Shown: piece after piece, positions 45,001 through 60,000 of the stretch
How positions within the stretch are numbered: position 1 is the stretch's first letter
Layout: each line of letters opens with the position of its first letter
Source of the DNA: the human T2T-CHM13v2.0 reference genome, Homo sapiens
Assembly: GCA_009914755.4 (NCBI GenBank)
Contig: CP068257.2
Span: 7,328,001 to 7,392,000 of the forward strand
Length of the DNA stretch: 64,000 nt
Direction of reading: 5' to 3'
The notes under the pieces: generated by a model
Database searches by the model: none
Told to the model about the DNA's origin: nothing
Seen by the model: only the letters and a program-made list of their open reading frames with translations
Made by a program: the position numbers and the translations under genes

Positions 45001-48000
45001 AACAACCTGAGTCGAATGCAATGGAATGGAATGGAAAGGAGTGGAATGGAATGGAATGGAATGGAATGGAATGGAATGGAATCGAATGGAATGCTATGGA
45101 ATCAAACCGAGTGGAATGGAATGGAATGGAATGGAGTGGAATGGAATGGAATTGAATGGAGTGGAATGGAATGGAATGGAATGGAATAGAATGGAATGGA
45201 TTGGAATGGAATGCAATGGATTGGAATAGAATGGAGTGGAATCAACACGAATGTAATGGAATGGAATGGAACGGAATTGAATGGAATGGAATGGAAAAAA
45301 CACGAATAGAATGGAACGGAATGGAATGGAATGCTGTGGAATGGAATGGAATGGAATGAAAGAAACACAAATAGAATGGAACGGAATGGAATGGAATGGA
45401 ATGGAATGGAATGGAATGGAATGGAGTGAAAAGGAAAGGAATGGAATGGAATTAACCCAAGTGGAATTGAATGGAATGGAAAGGAATCAACCCGAGTGGA
45501 ATGAAATGGAATGTAATGCAATGGAATGGAGCGGAATCAACCTGAGAGGAATGGAATGGAATGGAATGGAATGGAATGGAATGGAATGGAATGGAATGGA
45601 ATGCAATGGAATGGAATGGAATGGAATCAACCCGAATGGAATGGAAAGGAATGGAATGGAAAGGAATTGAATGCAATGGAATGGAAAGGAATGGAATAGA
45701 ATGGAATCAACCAGAATGGAATGGAATGGAATGGAATGGAATGGAACGGAATGGAATCATCCCGAGTGGAATGGAATGGTATGGAATGCAATGGAATGGA
45801 ATGGAACAGAATGGAAAGGAATGGAATGGAATAGATTGAATCCGAGAGGAATTGACTGGAGTGGAATGGATTGGAATGGAATGCAAGTGATTCAACCCAG
45901 TTGAATGTCATGGATTGGAAAGGAGTGGAATGGAATGGAATGGAATGGAAAGGAGTGGAATGGAATGGAATGAAATCAATACGAATGGAATGGAACGGAA
46001 TGGAATGGAATGGAATGGAATGGAATGGAAAAAACACGAAAGGAATGGAAAGGAACGGAATGGAAAGGAATGGAATGGAATGGAATGGAATGGAATGGAA
46101 TGGAATGGAATGGAAACAACACGAATGGAATGGAAAGGAACGGAATGGAATAGAATGCTGTGGAATGGAATGGAATGGAATGGAAAGAAATGGAATGGAA
46201 TGGACCGGAATGGAATCCAATGGAATGAAGTGGAATGGAATAGCATAGAATGGAATGGAATAGAATGGAATCAACCAGAACGGATTGGAATGGAATGGAA
46301 TGGAATGGAATGGAATGGAATGGAATGGAATGCTATCGAATCAAGCCGAGTGTAATGGTAATGAATGGAATGGAATGGAATGGAATGGAATGGAATGAAA
46401 TGGAATCAACCCAAGTGCAATGGAATGGAATAGAATGCAACGGAATCAACCCGAGTGGAATGGAATAGAAAGGCATGCAAAGGAATCGAATGGAAAGCAA
46501 TGGAATGGGATCACCTCGACTGGAATGGAATGGAATGGAAAGGAATGAAGGGAATGGAATGGAATGGAAAGGTATGGAATCAATCCGAGTCGAATGGAAT
46601 GGAATGGAATGGAATGGAGTGGAATGGAACGGAATGGAATTGAATGGCATGGAATGAACCCGAATGGAATGGAATGGAATGGAATGGAATGGAATAGAAA
46701 CAACTAGAGTGCAATGGAATGTAATGGAATGGAGTGTAATGGAATGGAATGGAATGGAATGGAATGGAATGGAATGGAATCAACCCGAATGGAATGGAAT
46801 AGAATGGAATGGAATGGAATGGAATTGAATCAACCTGAATGGAATGGAACGGAATGGAACGGAAAGGAATGGAATGGAATGGAATGGAATAGAATGGAAT
46901 CAACCAGAATGGGATGGAATGGAACGGAATGGAATGGAATGGAATGTGATCCTATTGAATCAACCCGAGTGTAATGAAAATGAATGGAATGGAATGAAAT
47001 GGATTGGAATGGAATGGAATGGAATCAACCCGAGTGGAATGGAATGGAATGGAATGGAGTGCAATGGAATGGAATTGAATGGAGTGGAATGGAATGGAAT
47101 GGAATGGAATGGAATGGAAACAACACGAATAGAATGGAACGGAATGGAATGGAATGCTGTGGAATGGAATGGAATGGAATGAAATAAACACGAATAGAAT
47201 GGAACGGAATGGAATGGAATGGAATGGAATGGAATGGAATGGAATGGAAAGGAATCAGCCAGAATGGAATGGAATGGAATGGTATGGAATCAACCCAAGT
47301 GGAATGGAAAGGAATGGAATGCAATGGAATGAAACGGAATATAATGGAATGGAATGGACCATCCCGAGTGGAATGGAATGGTATGGAATGCAATGGAACG
47401 GAAGGGAACAGAACGGAATATAATGGAACGGAATAGATTGAATCAGACAGGAATTGAATGGAGAGGAATGGATTGGAATGGAATGAAATGGATTCAACCC
47501 TAGTTGAATGTCATGGATTGGAAAAGAATGGAATGGAATGGAATGGAATGGAATGGAATGGATTGGAATAGAATGGAGTGGAATCAACACGAATGTAATG
47601 GAATGGAATGGAATGGAAGGGAATTGAATGGAATGGAATGGAAACAACACGAATAGAATGGAACGGAATGGAATGGAATGCTGTGGAATGGAATGGAATG
47701 GAATGAAATAAACACAAATAGAATGGAATGGAATGGAATGGACTGTAATGGAAAGGAACGGACTGGAATTAACCCAAGTGTAATTGAATGGAATGGAAAG
47801 GAATCAACCCTAGTGGAATGAACTGGAATGTAATGCAATGGAATGGAGCAGAATCAACCTGAGGGGAATGGAATGGAATGGAATAGAATGGAATGGAATG
47901 GAATGGAATGGAATGGAATGCAATGCAATGGAATGGAATGGAATCAACCCGAATGGAATGGAAAGGTATGGAATGGAAAGGAATGGAATGGAATGGAATG

Positions 48001-51000
48001 GAAAGGAATGGAATGGAATGGAAGAGAATGGAATCAACCAGAATGGAATGGAATGGAATGGAATGGAATCATCCCGAGACGAATGGAATGGTATGGAATG
48101 CAATGGAATGGAATGGAACAGAAGGGAAAGGAATAGAATGGAATACATTGAATCCGAGAGGAATTGACTGGAGTGGAATGGATTGGAAAGGAATGCAAGG
48201 GATTCAACCCAGTTGAATGTCATGGATTGGAAATGAGTGGAATGGAATGGAATGGAATGGAAAGGAGTGGAATGGAATTGAATGGAATCAACACGAATGG
48301 AATGGAACGGAATGGAATGGAATGTAATGGAATGGAATGGAATGGAAACAACACGAATGGAATGGAACGGAACGGAATGGAATAGAATGCTGTGGAATGG
48401 AATGGAATGGAATGAAAAAAACACGAATAGAATGGAACGGAATGGAATGGAAAGGAATGGAATGGAATGGAATGGAATGGAATGAAAGAGAAAGGAACGG
48501 AATGGAATTAACCCGAGTGGAATGGAATGGAATGGAAAGGAATCAATCCGAGTGGAATGAAATGGAATGTAATGCAATGGAATGGAGCGGAATCAACCTG
48601 AGTCGAATGCAATGGAATGGAATGGAAAGGAGTGGAATGGAATGGAATGGAATGGAATGGAATGGAAAGAAATGGAATGGAATGGAACGGAATGGAATCC
48701 AATGGAATCAACTGGAATGGAATAGCGTAGAATGGAATGGAATGGAGTGGAATCAATCCACGTGGAATGCAATGGAATGCATGGAGTGGAATGGAATGCA
48801 ATGGAGTGGAATGGAATGGAATGGAATGCAGTGGAATTTAATGGAATGGGATCATCCCGAATGGAATGGAACGAAATGGAATGGAAGGGAATGAAATGGA
48901 ATCAACCCAAATGGGATGGAATGGAATGGAATGGAATGGAATGGAATGCAATGGAATGCTATGGAATCAACCTGAGTATAAAGGAAATGCATGGAATGGA
49001 ATGGAATGGAATGGAATGGAATGGAATCAACCGAAGTGCAATGGAATGGAATGGAATGCAACGGAATCAACCCGAGGGGAATGGAATGAAAAGGATTGGA
49101 ATGAAATGGAATGGAAAGGAATGGAATGGAATCAATCCGAATGGAATGGAATGGAATGGAAAGGAATGAATGGAATGGAATGGAATGGAGTGGAATGGTG
49201 TGGAATCAACTGGAGTGGAATGGAATGGACTGGAATGGAATAGAATGGAATGGAATGGAATGGAATGAATAGAATGGAATCAACTATAATGGAAAGGAAT
49301 GGAATGGAATGGAATGGAATGGAATGGAATGGAATGCTATTTAATCAACCTGAGGGTAATGGAAATGAATGGAATGGAATGGAATGGAATGGAATCAACC
49401 CAAGTGCAATGGAATGGAATAGAATGCAATGGAATCAACCCGAGTGGAATGGAATAGAAAGGCATGCAACGGAATGGAATGGAAAGCAATGGAATGGAAT
49501 CAACCCGAATGAAATGGAATGGAAAGGAATGAAGGGAATGGAATGGAATGGAAAGGTATGGAATCAACCCGAGTTCAATGGAATGGAATGGAATGGAATG
49601 GAATGGAATGGAGTGCAGTGGAAGACAATGCAATGGAATGTAATGGAATGGAATGGAATAGAACGGAATGGAATTGAATGGCATGGAATGAACCCGAATG
49701 GAATGGAATGGAATGGAATGGAATGGAATGGAATGGAATCAACACGAGTGGAATGGAATGTAATGGAATGGAGTGGAATGGAATGGAATTGAGTGGAATG
49801 GAATGGAATGGAATGGAATGGAATGGATTGGAATAGAATCAACCTGAATGGAATGTAATGGAATGGAATGGCATGGAATCAACCCGAGAAGAAAGGAATG
49901 GAATGGAATTCAATGGAATGGAATGGAATGGAATAGTATGGAATCAACCCGAGTGGAATATTATCGAATGGAATGGAATGGAATGGAATGGATTGGAATA
50001 AAATGTAATGGAATGGAATAGAATCAACCGGAGTGGAATGGAATTATATGGAGTGGAATGGTATATAATGGAATGGAATGGAATTAAATGGAAAGGAATG
50101 GAATGGAAACGTCCCGAGTGGAATGGAATGGTATGGAAGGCAATGGAACGAAATGGAACAGAACGGAATGGAATGGAAAGGAATAGATTGAATCAGAGAG
50201 GAATTGAATGGAGAGGAATGGATTGGAATGGAATGCAATGGATTCAACCCTAGTTGAATCTCATGGATTGGAAAGGAATGCAATGGAATGGAATGGAATG
50301 GAGTGGAATGGAATGGAGTGGAATCAACACGAATGGAATGGAACGGAATGGAATGAAATGGAATGGAATAGGAAACAACGCGAACAGAATGGAACGGAAT
50401 GGAATGGAATGCTGTGGAATGGAATGGAATGGAATGAAATAAACAGGAATAGAATGGAACGGAATGGAACAGAATGGAATGGAATGGAATGGAATGGAGT
50501 GAAATGGAAAGGAACGGAATGGAATTAACACAAGTGGAATTGAATGGAATGGAAAGGAATCAACCCGAGTGGAATGAAATGGAATGCAATGAAATGGTTT
50601 GGAGCGGAATCAACCTGAGTGGAATGGAATGGAATGGAATGGAATGGAATGGAATGGAATGGAATGGAATGCAATGGAATGGAATGGAATGGAATCAACC
50701 CGAATGCAATGGAACGGAATGGAACGGAATGGAATGGAATGGAATGGAATGGAATGCAAAGGAATGGAATGGAATGGATTCAACCCGAATGGAATGGAAT
50801 GGAAAGGAATGGAAAGGAATGGAATGGAATGGAATGGAATGGAATAGAATGGAATGGAATCATCCCGAGTGGAATGGAATGGTATGGAATGCAATGGAAT
50901 GGAATGGAACAGAACGGAAAGGATTGGAATGGAACAGATTGAATCCGAGAGGAATTGACTGGAGTGGAATGGATTGGAATGGAATGCAAGGGATTCAACC

Positions 51001-54000
51001 AAGTTGAATGTCATGGATTGGAAAGGAGTGGAATGAAATGGAATGGAAAGGAGTGGAATGGAATGGAATGGAATCAACACGAATGGAATGGAACGGAATG
51101 GAATGGAAACAATACTAATGGAATGGAAGGGAATGGAATGGAATTAAATGCTGTGGAATGGAATGGAATGGAATGAAATAAACACGAATAGAATGGAACG
51201 GAATGGAATGGAAAGGAATGGAATGGAATGAAATGGAAAGAAACGGAATGGAATTAACCCGACTGGAACGGAATGGAATGGAAAGGAATCAATCCGAGTG
51301 GAATGAAATGGAATATAATGCAATGGAATGGAGCAGAATCAACCTGAGTCGAATGCAATGGAATGGAATGGAAAGGAGTGGAATTGAATGGAATGGAATG
51401 GAATGGAATGGAATGGAATGGAATGGAATGCTATGGAATCAACCCGAGTGGAATGGAACGGAATGGAATGGAGTGGAATGGAATGGAATTGAATGGAGTG
51501 GAATGGAATGGAATGGAATGGAATGGAATGGAATGGAATGGATTGGAATAGAATGGAGTGGAATCAACACGAATGTAATGGAATGGAATGGAACGGAATT
51601 GAATGGAATGGAATGGAAACAACACGAATAGAATGGAACGGAATGGAATGGAATGCTGTGGAATGGAATGGAATGGAATGAAAGAAACACAAATAGAATG
51701 GAACGGAATGGAATGGAATGGAATGGAATGGAATGGAATGGAATGCTATGGAATCAACCCGAGTGTAATGGAAATGAAATGAATGGAATGGAATGGAATG
51801 GAATGGAATGGAATAGAATGGAATCAACCCAAGTGCAACGGAATGGAATAGAATGCTATGGAATCAACCCGAGCGGAATGGAATAGAAAGGCATGCAATG
51901 GAATGGAATGGAAAGCAATGGAATGGAATCAACCCGACTGGAATGGAAAGGAATGGAAAGTAATGAAGGGAATGGAATGGAATTGAAAGGTATGGAATCA
52001 ACCCGAGTGGAATGGAATGGAATGGAAGGGAATGGAATGGAATGGAGTGGAATGGAAGGCAATGCAATGGAATGGAATGGCATGGAATGGAACTGAACGG
52101 AATGGAATTGAAATGCATAGAATGAACCCGAATGGAATGGAATGGAATGGAATGGAATGGAATGGAATATAATCAACTCGAGTGGAATGTAATGGAATGG
52201 AATGGACCGGAATGGAATGGAATATAATCAACTCGAGTGGAATGGAATGGAATGGAATGGAGTGGAATGGAATGGAATTGAATGGAATGGAATGGAATGG
52301 AATGGAATGGAATGGAATGGAATCAGCCTGAATGGAATGGAATGGAATGGAATGGAATGGAATGGAATCAGCCTGAATGGAATGGAATGGAATGGAATGG
52401 AATGGAATGGAATGGCATGGAATCAAACCGAGTGGAATGGAATGGAATGGAATTCAATGGAATGGAATGGAATGGAATGGTATGGAATCAACACGAGTGG
52501 AATATTATCGAGTGGAATGGAATGGAACGGAATGGAATGGAATAAAATGTAATGGAATGGAGTGGAATCAACCAGAGTGGAATGGAATGGAATGGAGTGG
52601 AATGGTATATAATGGAATGGAATGGAATTAAATAGAAAGGAACGGAATGGAATCAACACGAGTGGAACGGAATGGAATGGAAAGGAATCAACCCGAGTGG
52701 AATGAAATGGAATGTAATGCAACGAAATGGAGCGGAATAAACCTGAGTCGAATGCAATGCAATGGAATGGAAAGGAGTGGAATGGAATGGAATGGAATGG
52801 AATGGAATGGAATGGAACGGAATGGAATGCTATGGAATCAACCCGAGTGGAATGGAATGGAATGGAATGGAGTGGAATGGAATGGAATTGAATGGAGTGG
52901 AATGGAATGGAATGGAATGGAATTGAATTGAATGGATTGGATTGGAGTAGAATGGAGTGGAATCAACACGAATGTAATGGAATGGAATGGAATGGAATGG
53001 AACGGATTGGAATTGAATGGAATGGAACGGAAACAACACGAATAGAATGGAACGGAATGGAATGGAATGCTGTGGAATGGAATGGAATGGAATGAAATAA
53101 ACACAAATAGAATGGATCGGAATGGAATGGAATGGAATGGAATGGAATGGAATGGAATGGAGTGAAATGGAAAGGAACGGAATGGAATTAACCCAAGTGG
53201 AATTGAATGGAATGGAAAGGAATCAACCCGAGTGGAATGAAATGGAATGTAATGCAATGGAATGGAGCGGAATCAACCTGAGGGGAATGGAATGGAATGG
53301 AATGGAATGGAATGGAATGGAATGCAATGGAATGGAATGGAATGGAATCAACCCGAATGGAATTGAAAGGAATGGAATGGGAAGGAATGGAATGGAATGG
53401 AATGGAATGGAATAGAATGGAATCAACCAGAATGGAATGGAATGGTATGGAGTGGAATTGAATGGAATGGAATGGAATGGAATCATCCCGAGTGGAATGG
53501 AATGGTATGGAATACAATAGAATGGAATGGAACAGAATGGAAAGAAATGGAATGGAATAGATTGAATCCGAGAGGAATTGACTGGATTGGAATGGATTGG
53601 AATGGAATGCAAGGGATTCAACCCAGTTGAATGTCATGGATTGGAAAGGAGTGGAATGGAATGGAATGGAAAGGAGTGGAATGGAATGCAATGAAATCAA
53701 CACGAATGGAATGGAACGGAATGGAATGGAATGGAATGGAAACAACACTAACGGAATGGAATGGAACGGAATGGAATAGAATGCTGCGGAATGGAATGGA
53801 ATGGAATGAAATAAACACGAATAGAATGGAATGGAATGGAATGGAAAGGAATGGAATGGAATGGAATGGAATGGAATGGAATGCAATGAAATGGAAAGGA
53901 ATGGAATGGAATTAACCCGAGTGGAACGGAATGGAATGGAAAGGAATCAATCCGAGTGGAATGAAATGGAAAGTAATGCAATGGAATGGAGCGGAAACAA

Positions 54001-57000
54001 CCTGAGTCGAATGCAATGGAATGGAATGGAAAGGAGTGGAATGGAATGGAATGGAAAGGAATGGAATGGAATGGAACAGAATGGAATCCAATGGAATCAA
54101 CTGGAATGGAATAGCATAGAATGGAATGGAATAGAATGGAATCAACCAGAACGGAATGGAATGGAATGGAATGGAATGTTATGGAATGGAATGGAATGCT
54201 ATGGAATCAACACGAGTGTAATGGAAATGAATGGAATGGAATGGAATGGAATGGAATGGAATGGAATGGATTGGAATGGAATGGAATCAACCCAAGTGAA
54301 AATGAATGGAATAGAATGCAACGGAATCAACCCAGGTGGAATGGAATAGAAAGGCATGCAAATGAATCGAATGGAAAGCAATGGAATGGAATCAACCCGA
54401 CTGGAATGGAAAGGAATGGAAAGGAATGAAGGGAATGGAATGGAATGGAAAGGTATGGAATCAACCAGGGTGGAATGGAAAGGAATGGAATGGAATGGAA
54501 TGGAATGGAATGGAATGGAGTGGAATGGAACGGAATGGAATTGAATGGCATGGAATGAACCCGAATGGAATGGAATAGAATGGAATGGAATGGAATGGAA
54601 TGGAATGGAATAGAAACAACTCGAGTGCAATGGAATGTAATGGAATGGAGTGGAATGGAATGGAGTGGAATGGAATGGAATGGAATGGAATGGAATGGAA
54701 TGGAATCAAACCGAATGGAATGGAATAGAATGGAATGGAATGGAACGGAATGGAATGGAATGGAATGGAATCAACCCGAATGGAATGGAACGGAATGGAA
54801 TGGAATGGAATGGAATGGAATAGAATGGAATCAACCAGAATGGGATGGGATGGAATGGAATGGAATGGAATGGAATGGAATGGAATGGAATGGAATGTGA
54901 TCCTATTGAATCAACCCGAGTGTAATGAAAATGAATGGAATGGAATGGAATGGAATGGAATCAACCCGAGTGGAATGGAATGGAATGGAATGGAGTTTAA
55001 TGGAATGGAATTGAATGGAGTGGAATGGAATGGAATGGAATGGAATGGAATGGAATGGAATGGAATCAACCCGAATGGAATGGTATGGAATGGAATACCA
55101 TGGAATCAACCCGAGTGGAATGGAATGGAATGGAATTCAATGGAATGGAATGGAATGCAATGGTATGTAATCAACCCGAGTGGAATATTATCGAATGCAA
55201 TGGAATGGAACGGAATGGAATGGAATAAAATGTAATGGAATGGAATGGAATCAACCGGAGTGCAATGGAATGGAATGGAGTGGAATGGAATATAATGGAA
55301 TGGAATGGAATTAAATGGAAAGGAACGGAATGGAATCAACACGAGTGGAATGGAATGGAATGGAATGGAATGGAATGGAATGGAATCAACCCGAGTGGAA
55401 TGGAATGGAATGGAATGCAATGGAATGAAATGTAATATAGTGGAATGGAATGGAAACATCCCGAGTGGAATGGAATGGTATGGAATGCAATGAAACGGAA
55501 TGGAACAGAACGGAATGGAATGGAACGAAATAGAATGAATCAGAGAGGAATTGAATGGAGAGGAATGGATTGGAATGGAATGCAATGGATTCAACGATAG
55601 TTGAATATCATGGATTGGAAAGGAATGGAATGGAATAGAATGGAATTGAATGGAATTGAATGGAATGGAGTGGAATGGAATGCAACGGAATGAAATTGAA
55701 TGGAATTGAATGGAATGGAGTGGAATGGAATGGAATGGAATGGAATGAAGTGGAATGGAATGGAATGGAATGGATTGAAGTGGAATGGAATGGAATGGAG
55801 TGGAATGGAATGGAATGGAATGCAATGGAATGGAATGGAGTGGAATGGAATGGAATGGAATGCAATGGAATGGAATGGAGTGGAATGGAATGGAATGGAA
55901 TGCAATGGAATGGAATGGAATAGAATGGAACGGAATGCAATGCAATGGAATGGAATCAACCCGATTGGAATGGAACGGAATGGAAGGGAAAGGAATGGAA
56001 TGGAATGGAATGGAATGGAATGGAATGGAATGGAAAGGAATGGAATGGAATGGAATGGAATGGAATGGAATGGAATGGAATGGAATGGAGTCATCCCGAG
56101 TGGAATGGAATGGTATGGAATGCAATGGAATGGAATGGAACAGAACGGAAAGGAATGGAATGGAACAGATTGAATCCGAGAGGAATTGACTGCAGTGGAA
56201 TGGATTGGAATTTAATGCAAGGGATTCAACCCAGTTGAATGTCATGGATTGGAAAGGAGTGGAATGGAATGGAATGGAAATGAGTGGAATGGAATGGAAT
56301 GGAATCAACACGAATGGAATGGAACAGAATGGAATGGAATGGAATATAATAGAATGGAATGGAGTGGAATGGAATGGAAACAACACGAATGGAATGGAAC
56401 GGAACGGAGTGGAATGGAATGGTGTGGAATGGAATGGAATGGAATGAAATAAACACGAATAGAATGGAACGGAATGGAATGGAATGGAATGGAATGGAAT
56501 GGAATGGTATGGAATGGAATGGAATGGAATGAAATGGAAAAGAATGGAATGGAATTGACCCGAGTGGAACGGAATGGAATGGAAAGGAATCAACCCGAGT
56601 GGAATGAAATGGAATGTAATGCAATGGAATTGAGTGGAATCAACCTGAGTCGAATGCAATGGAATGGAATGGAATGGAGTGGAATTGAATGGAAAGGAAT
56701 GGAATGGAACGGAATGGAATCCAATGGAATCAACTGGAATGGAATAGCATAGAATGGAATGGAATGGAATGGAATCAATCCGGGTGGAATGGAATGGAAT
56801 GTATGGAGTGGAATGGAATGGAATGGTGTGGAATGGAATGCAGTGGAATTTAATGGAATGGAATCAACCCGAATGGAATGGAATGGAATGGAATGGAAAG
56901 TAATGGAATGGAATGGAATGGAATAGAATGGAATGGAATCAACCGTAATGGGATGGAATGGAATGGAATAGAATGGAATCAACCCGAATGTAATGGAACG

Positions 57001-60000
57001 GAATGGAATGGAAAGAATGGAATGGAATGAATTGGAATGGAATAGAATGGAATCAACCAGAACGGAACGGAACGGAATGGAATGGAATGGAATGGAATGG
57101 AATGGAATGGAATGGAATGGAATGCTATGGAATCAACCCGTGTGTAATGGAAATGAATGGAATGGTATGGAATGGAATGGAATGGAATGGAATGGAATGG
57201 AATGGAATCAACCCAAATGCAATGGAATGGAATAGAATGCAACGGAATCAACCCGAGTGGAATGGAATAGAAAGGCATGCAAAGGAATCGAATGGAAAGC
57301 AATGGAATGGAATCAACCAGACTGGAATGGAATGGAATGGAAAGAAATGAAGGGAATGGAATGGAATGGAAAGGTATGGAATCAACCCGAGTGGAATGTA
57401 ATGGAATGGAGTGGAATGGAACGGAATGGAATTGAATGGCATGGAATGAACCCGAATGGAATGGAATGGAATGGAATGGAATATAATGGAATGGAATGGA
57501 ATAGAAACAACTCGAGTGCAATGGAATGTAATGGAATGGAGTGGAATAGAATGGAATGGAATGGAGTGGAATGTAATGGAATGGAATCAACCCGAATGGA
57601 ATGTAATAGAATGGAAACGAATGGAATGGAATGGAATGGAATGGAATGGAATGGAATGGAATGGAATGGAATCAACCCGAATGGAATGGAACGGAATGGA
57701 ATGGAAAGGAATGGATTGGAATGGAATGGAATGGAATAGAATAGAATCAACCAGAATGGGATGGAATGGAATGGAATGGAATGGAATGTGATCCTATTGA
57801 ATAAACCCGAGTGTAATGAAAATGAACGGAATGGAATGGAATGGAATGGAATGGAATGGAATGGAATGGAATGGAATCAACCCGAGTGGAATGGAATGGA
57901 ATGGAATGGATTTTAATGGAATGGAATTGAATGGAGTGGAATGGAATGGAATGGAATGGAATGGAATGGAATGGATTCAACCCGAATGGAATGGAATGGA
58001 ATGGAATACCATGGAATCAACCCGAGTGGAATGGAATGGAATGGAATTCAATGGAATGGAATGGAATGCAATGGTATGGAATCAACCCGAGTGGAATATT
58101 ATCGAATACAATTGAATGGAACGGAATGGAATGGAATAAAATGTAATGGAATGGAATGGAATCAACCGGAGTGCAATGGAATGGAATGGAGTGGAATGGA
58201 ATATAATGGAATGGAATGGAATTAAATGGAAAGGAACGGAATGGAATCAACACGAGTGGAATGGAATGGAATGGAATGGAAATGGAATCAACCCGAGTGG
58301 AATGGAATGGAATGGAATGCAATGGAATGAAACGTAATATAGTGGAATGGAATGGAAAAATCCCGAGTGGAATGGAATGGTATGGAATTCAATGGAACGG
58401 AATGGAACAGAACGGAATGGAATGGAACGAAATAGAATGAATCAGAGAGGAATTGAATGGAGAGGAATGGATTGTAATGGAATGCAATGGATTCAACGAT
58501 AGTTGAATATCATGGATTGGAAAGGAATGGAATGGAATGGAATGGAATGGAATGGAATGGAATGGAGTGGAATGGAATAGAATCAACTCGAGTGGAAGGG
58601 AATGTAACGGAATGGAATGGAATGGAATAGAATGGAATGGAATGGAGTGGAATGGAATGTAATGGAGTGGAATGGAATTGAATGGAATGGAATCATCCCG
58701 AGTGGAATGGAATGGTATGGAATGCAATGGAATGGAATGGAAGAGAACGGAAAGGAATGGAATGGAATAGATTGAATCTGAGAGGAATTGACTGGAGTCG
58801 AATGGATTGGAATGGAATGAAAGGGATTCAAGCCAGTTGAATGTCATGGATTGGAGAGGTGTGGAATAGAATGGAATGGAAAGGAGTGGAATTGAATGGA
58901 ATGGAATCAACACGAATGGAATGGAACGGAATGGAATGGAATGGAATGGAATGGAAATAACACGAATGGAATGGAACGGAACGGAATGGAATAGAATGCT
59001 GTGGAATGGAATGGAATGGAATGGAATGAAATAAACACGAATAGAATGGAACGGAATGGAATGGAAATGAATGGAATGGAATGGAATGGAATGGAATGGA
59101 ATGGAATGGAATGCAATGGAATGAAATGGAAAGGAACGGAATGGAATTAACCCGAGTGGAATGGACGGAATGGAATGGAAAGGAATCAACTGGAGTGGAA
59201 TGAAATGAAATGTAATGCAATGGAATGGAGCGGAATCAACCTGAGTTGTATGCAATGGAATGGAATGGAAAGGACTGGAATGGAAAGGAATGGAATGGAA
59301 TGGAATGGAATGGAATGGAATGGAATGGAATGGAACGGAATGGAATCCAATGGAATCAACTGGAATGGAATAGCATAGAATGGAATGGAATGGAATCATC
59401 CCGAGTGGAATGGACTGGTATGGAATGCAATGGAATGGAATGGAATGGAACAGAATGGAAAGGAATGGAATGGATTAGACTGAATCCGAGAGGAATTGAC
59501 TGGAGTGGAATGGATTGGAATGGAATGCAAGGGATTCAACCCAGTTGAATGTCATGGATTGGAAAGGAGTGGAATGGAATGGAATGGAAAGGAGTGGAAT
59601 GGAATGGAATGGAATCAACGAGAATGGAATGGAACGGAATGGATTGGAATGGAATGGAATGGAATGGAATGGAAACAACACGAATGGAATGGAACGGAAT
59701 GGAATGGAATTAAATGCTGTCGAATGGAATGGAATGGAATGAAATAAACACGAATAGAATGGAATGGAACGGAACGGAATGGAATTAAATGCTGTGGAAT
59801 GGAATGGAATGGAATGAAATAAACACGAATAGAATGGAACGGAATGGAATGGAAAGGAATAGAATGGAATGAAATGGAAAGGAACGGAATGGAATTAACC
59901 CGAGTGGAACGGAATGGAATAGAAAGGAATCAATCCGAGTGGAATGAAATGGAATGTAATGCAATGGAATAGAGCAGAATCAACCTGAGTCGAATGCAAT

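Noticed and set aside
55106-56659. 517-aa ORF on the − strand, the longest in the window, together with many 100–450-aa ORFs across 1–62600 on both strands
   Set aside because: The translations are pure periodic low-complexity strings (IPFHS/MEWNG pentapeptide repeats), produced by reading the GGAAT/ATTCC pentamer in frame. There are no start-context, domain or compositional features of real proteins. Open frames are expected in a 5-bp repeat that lacks stop codons in some frames.
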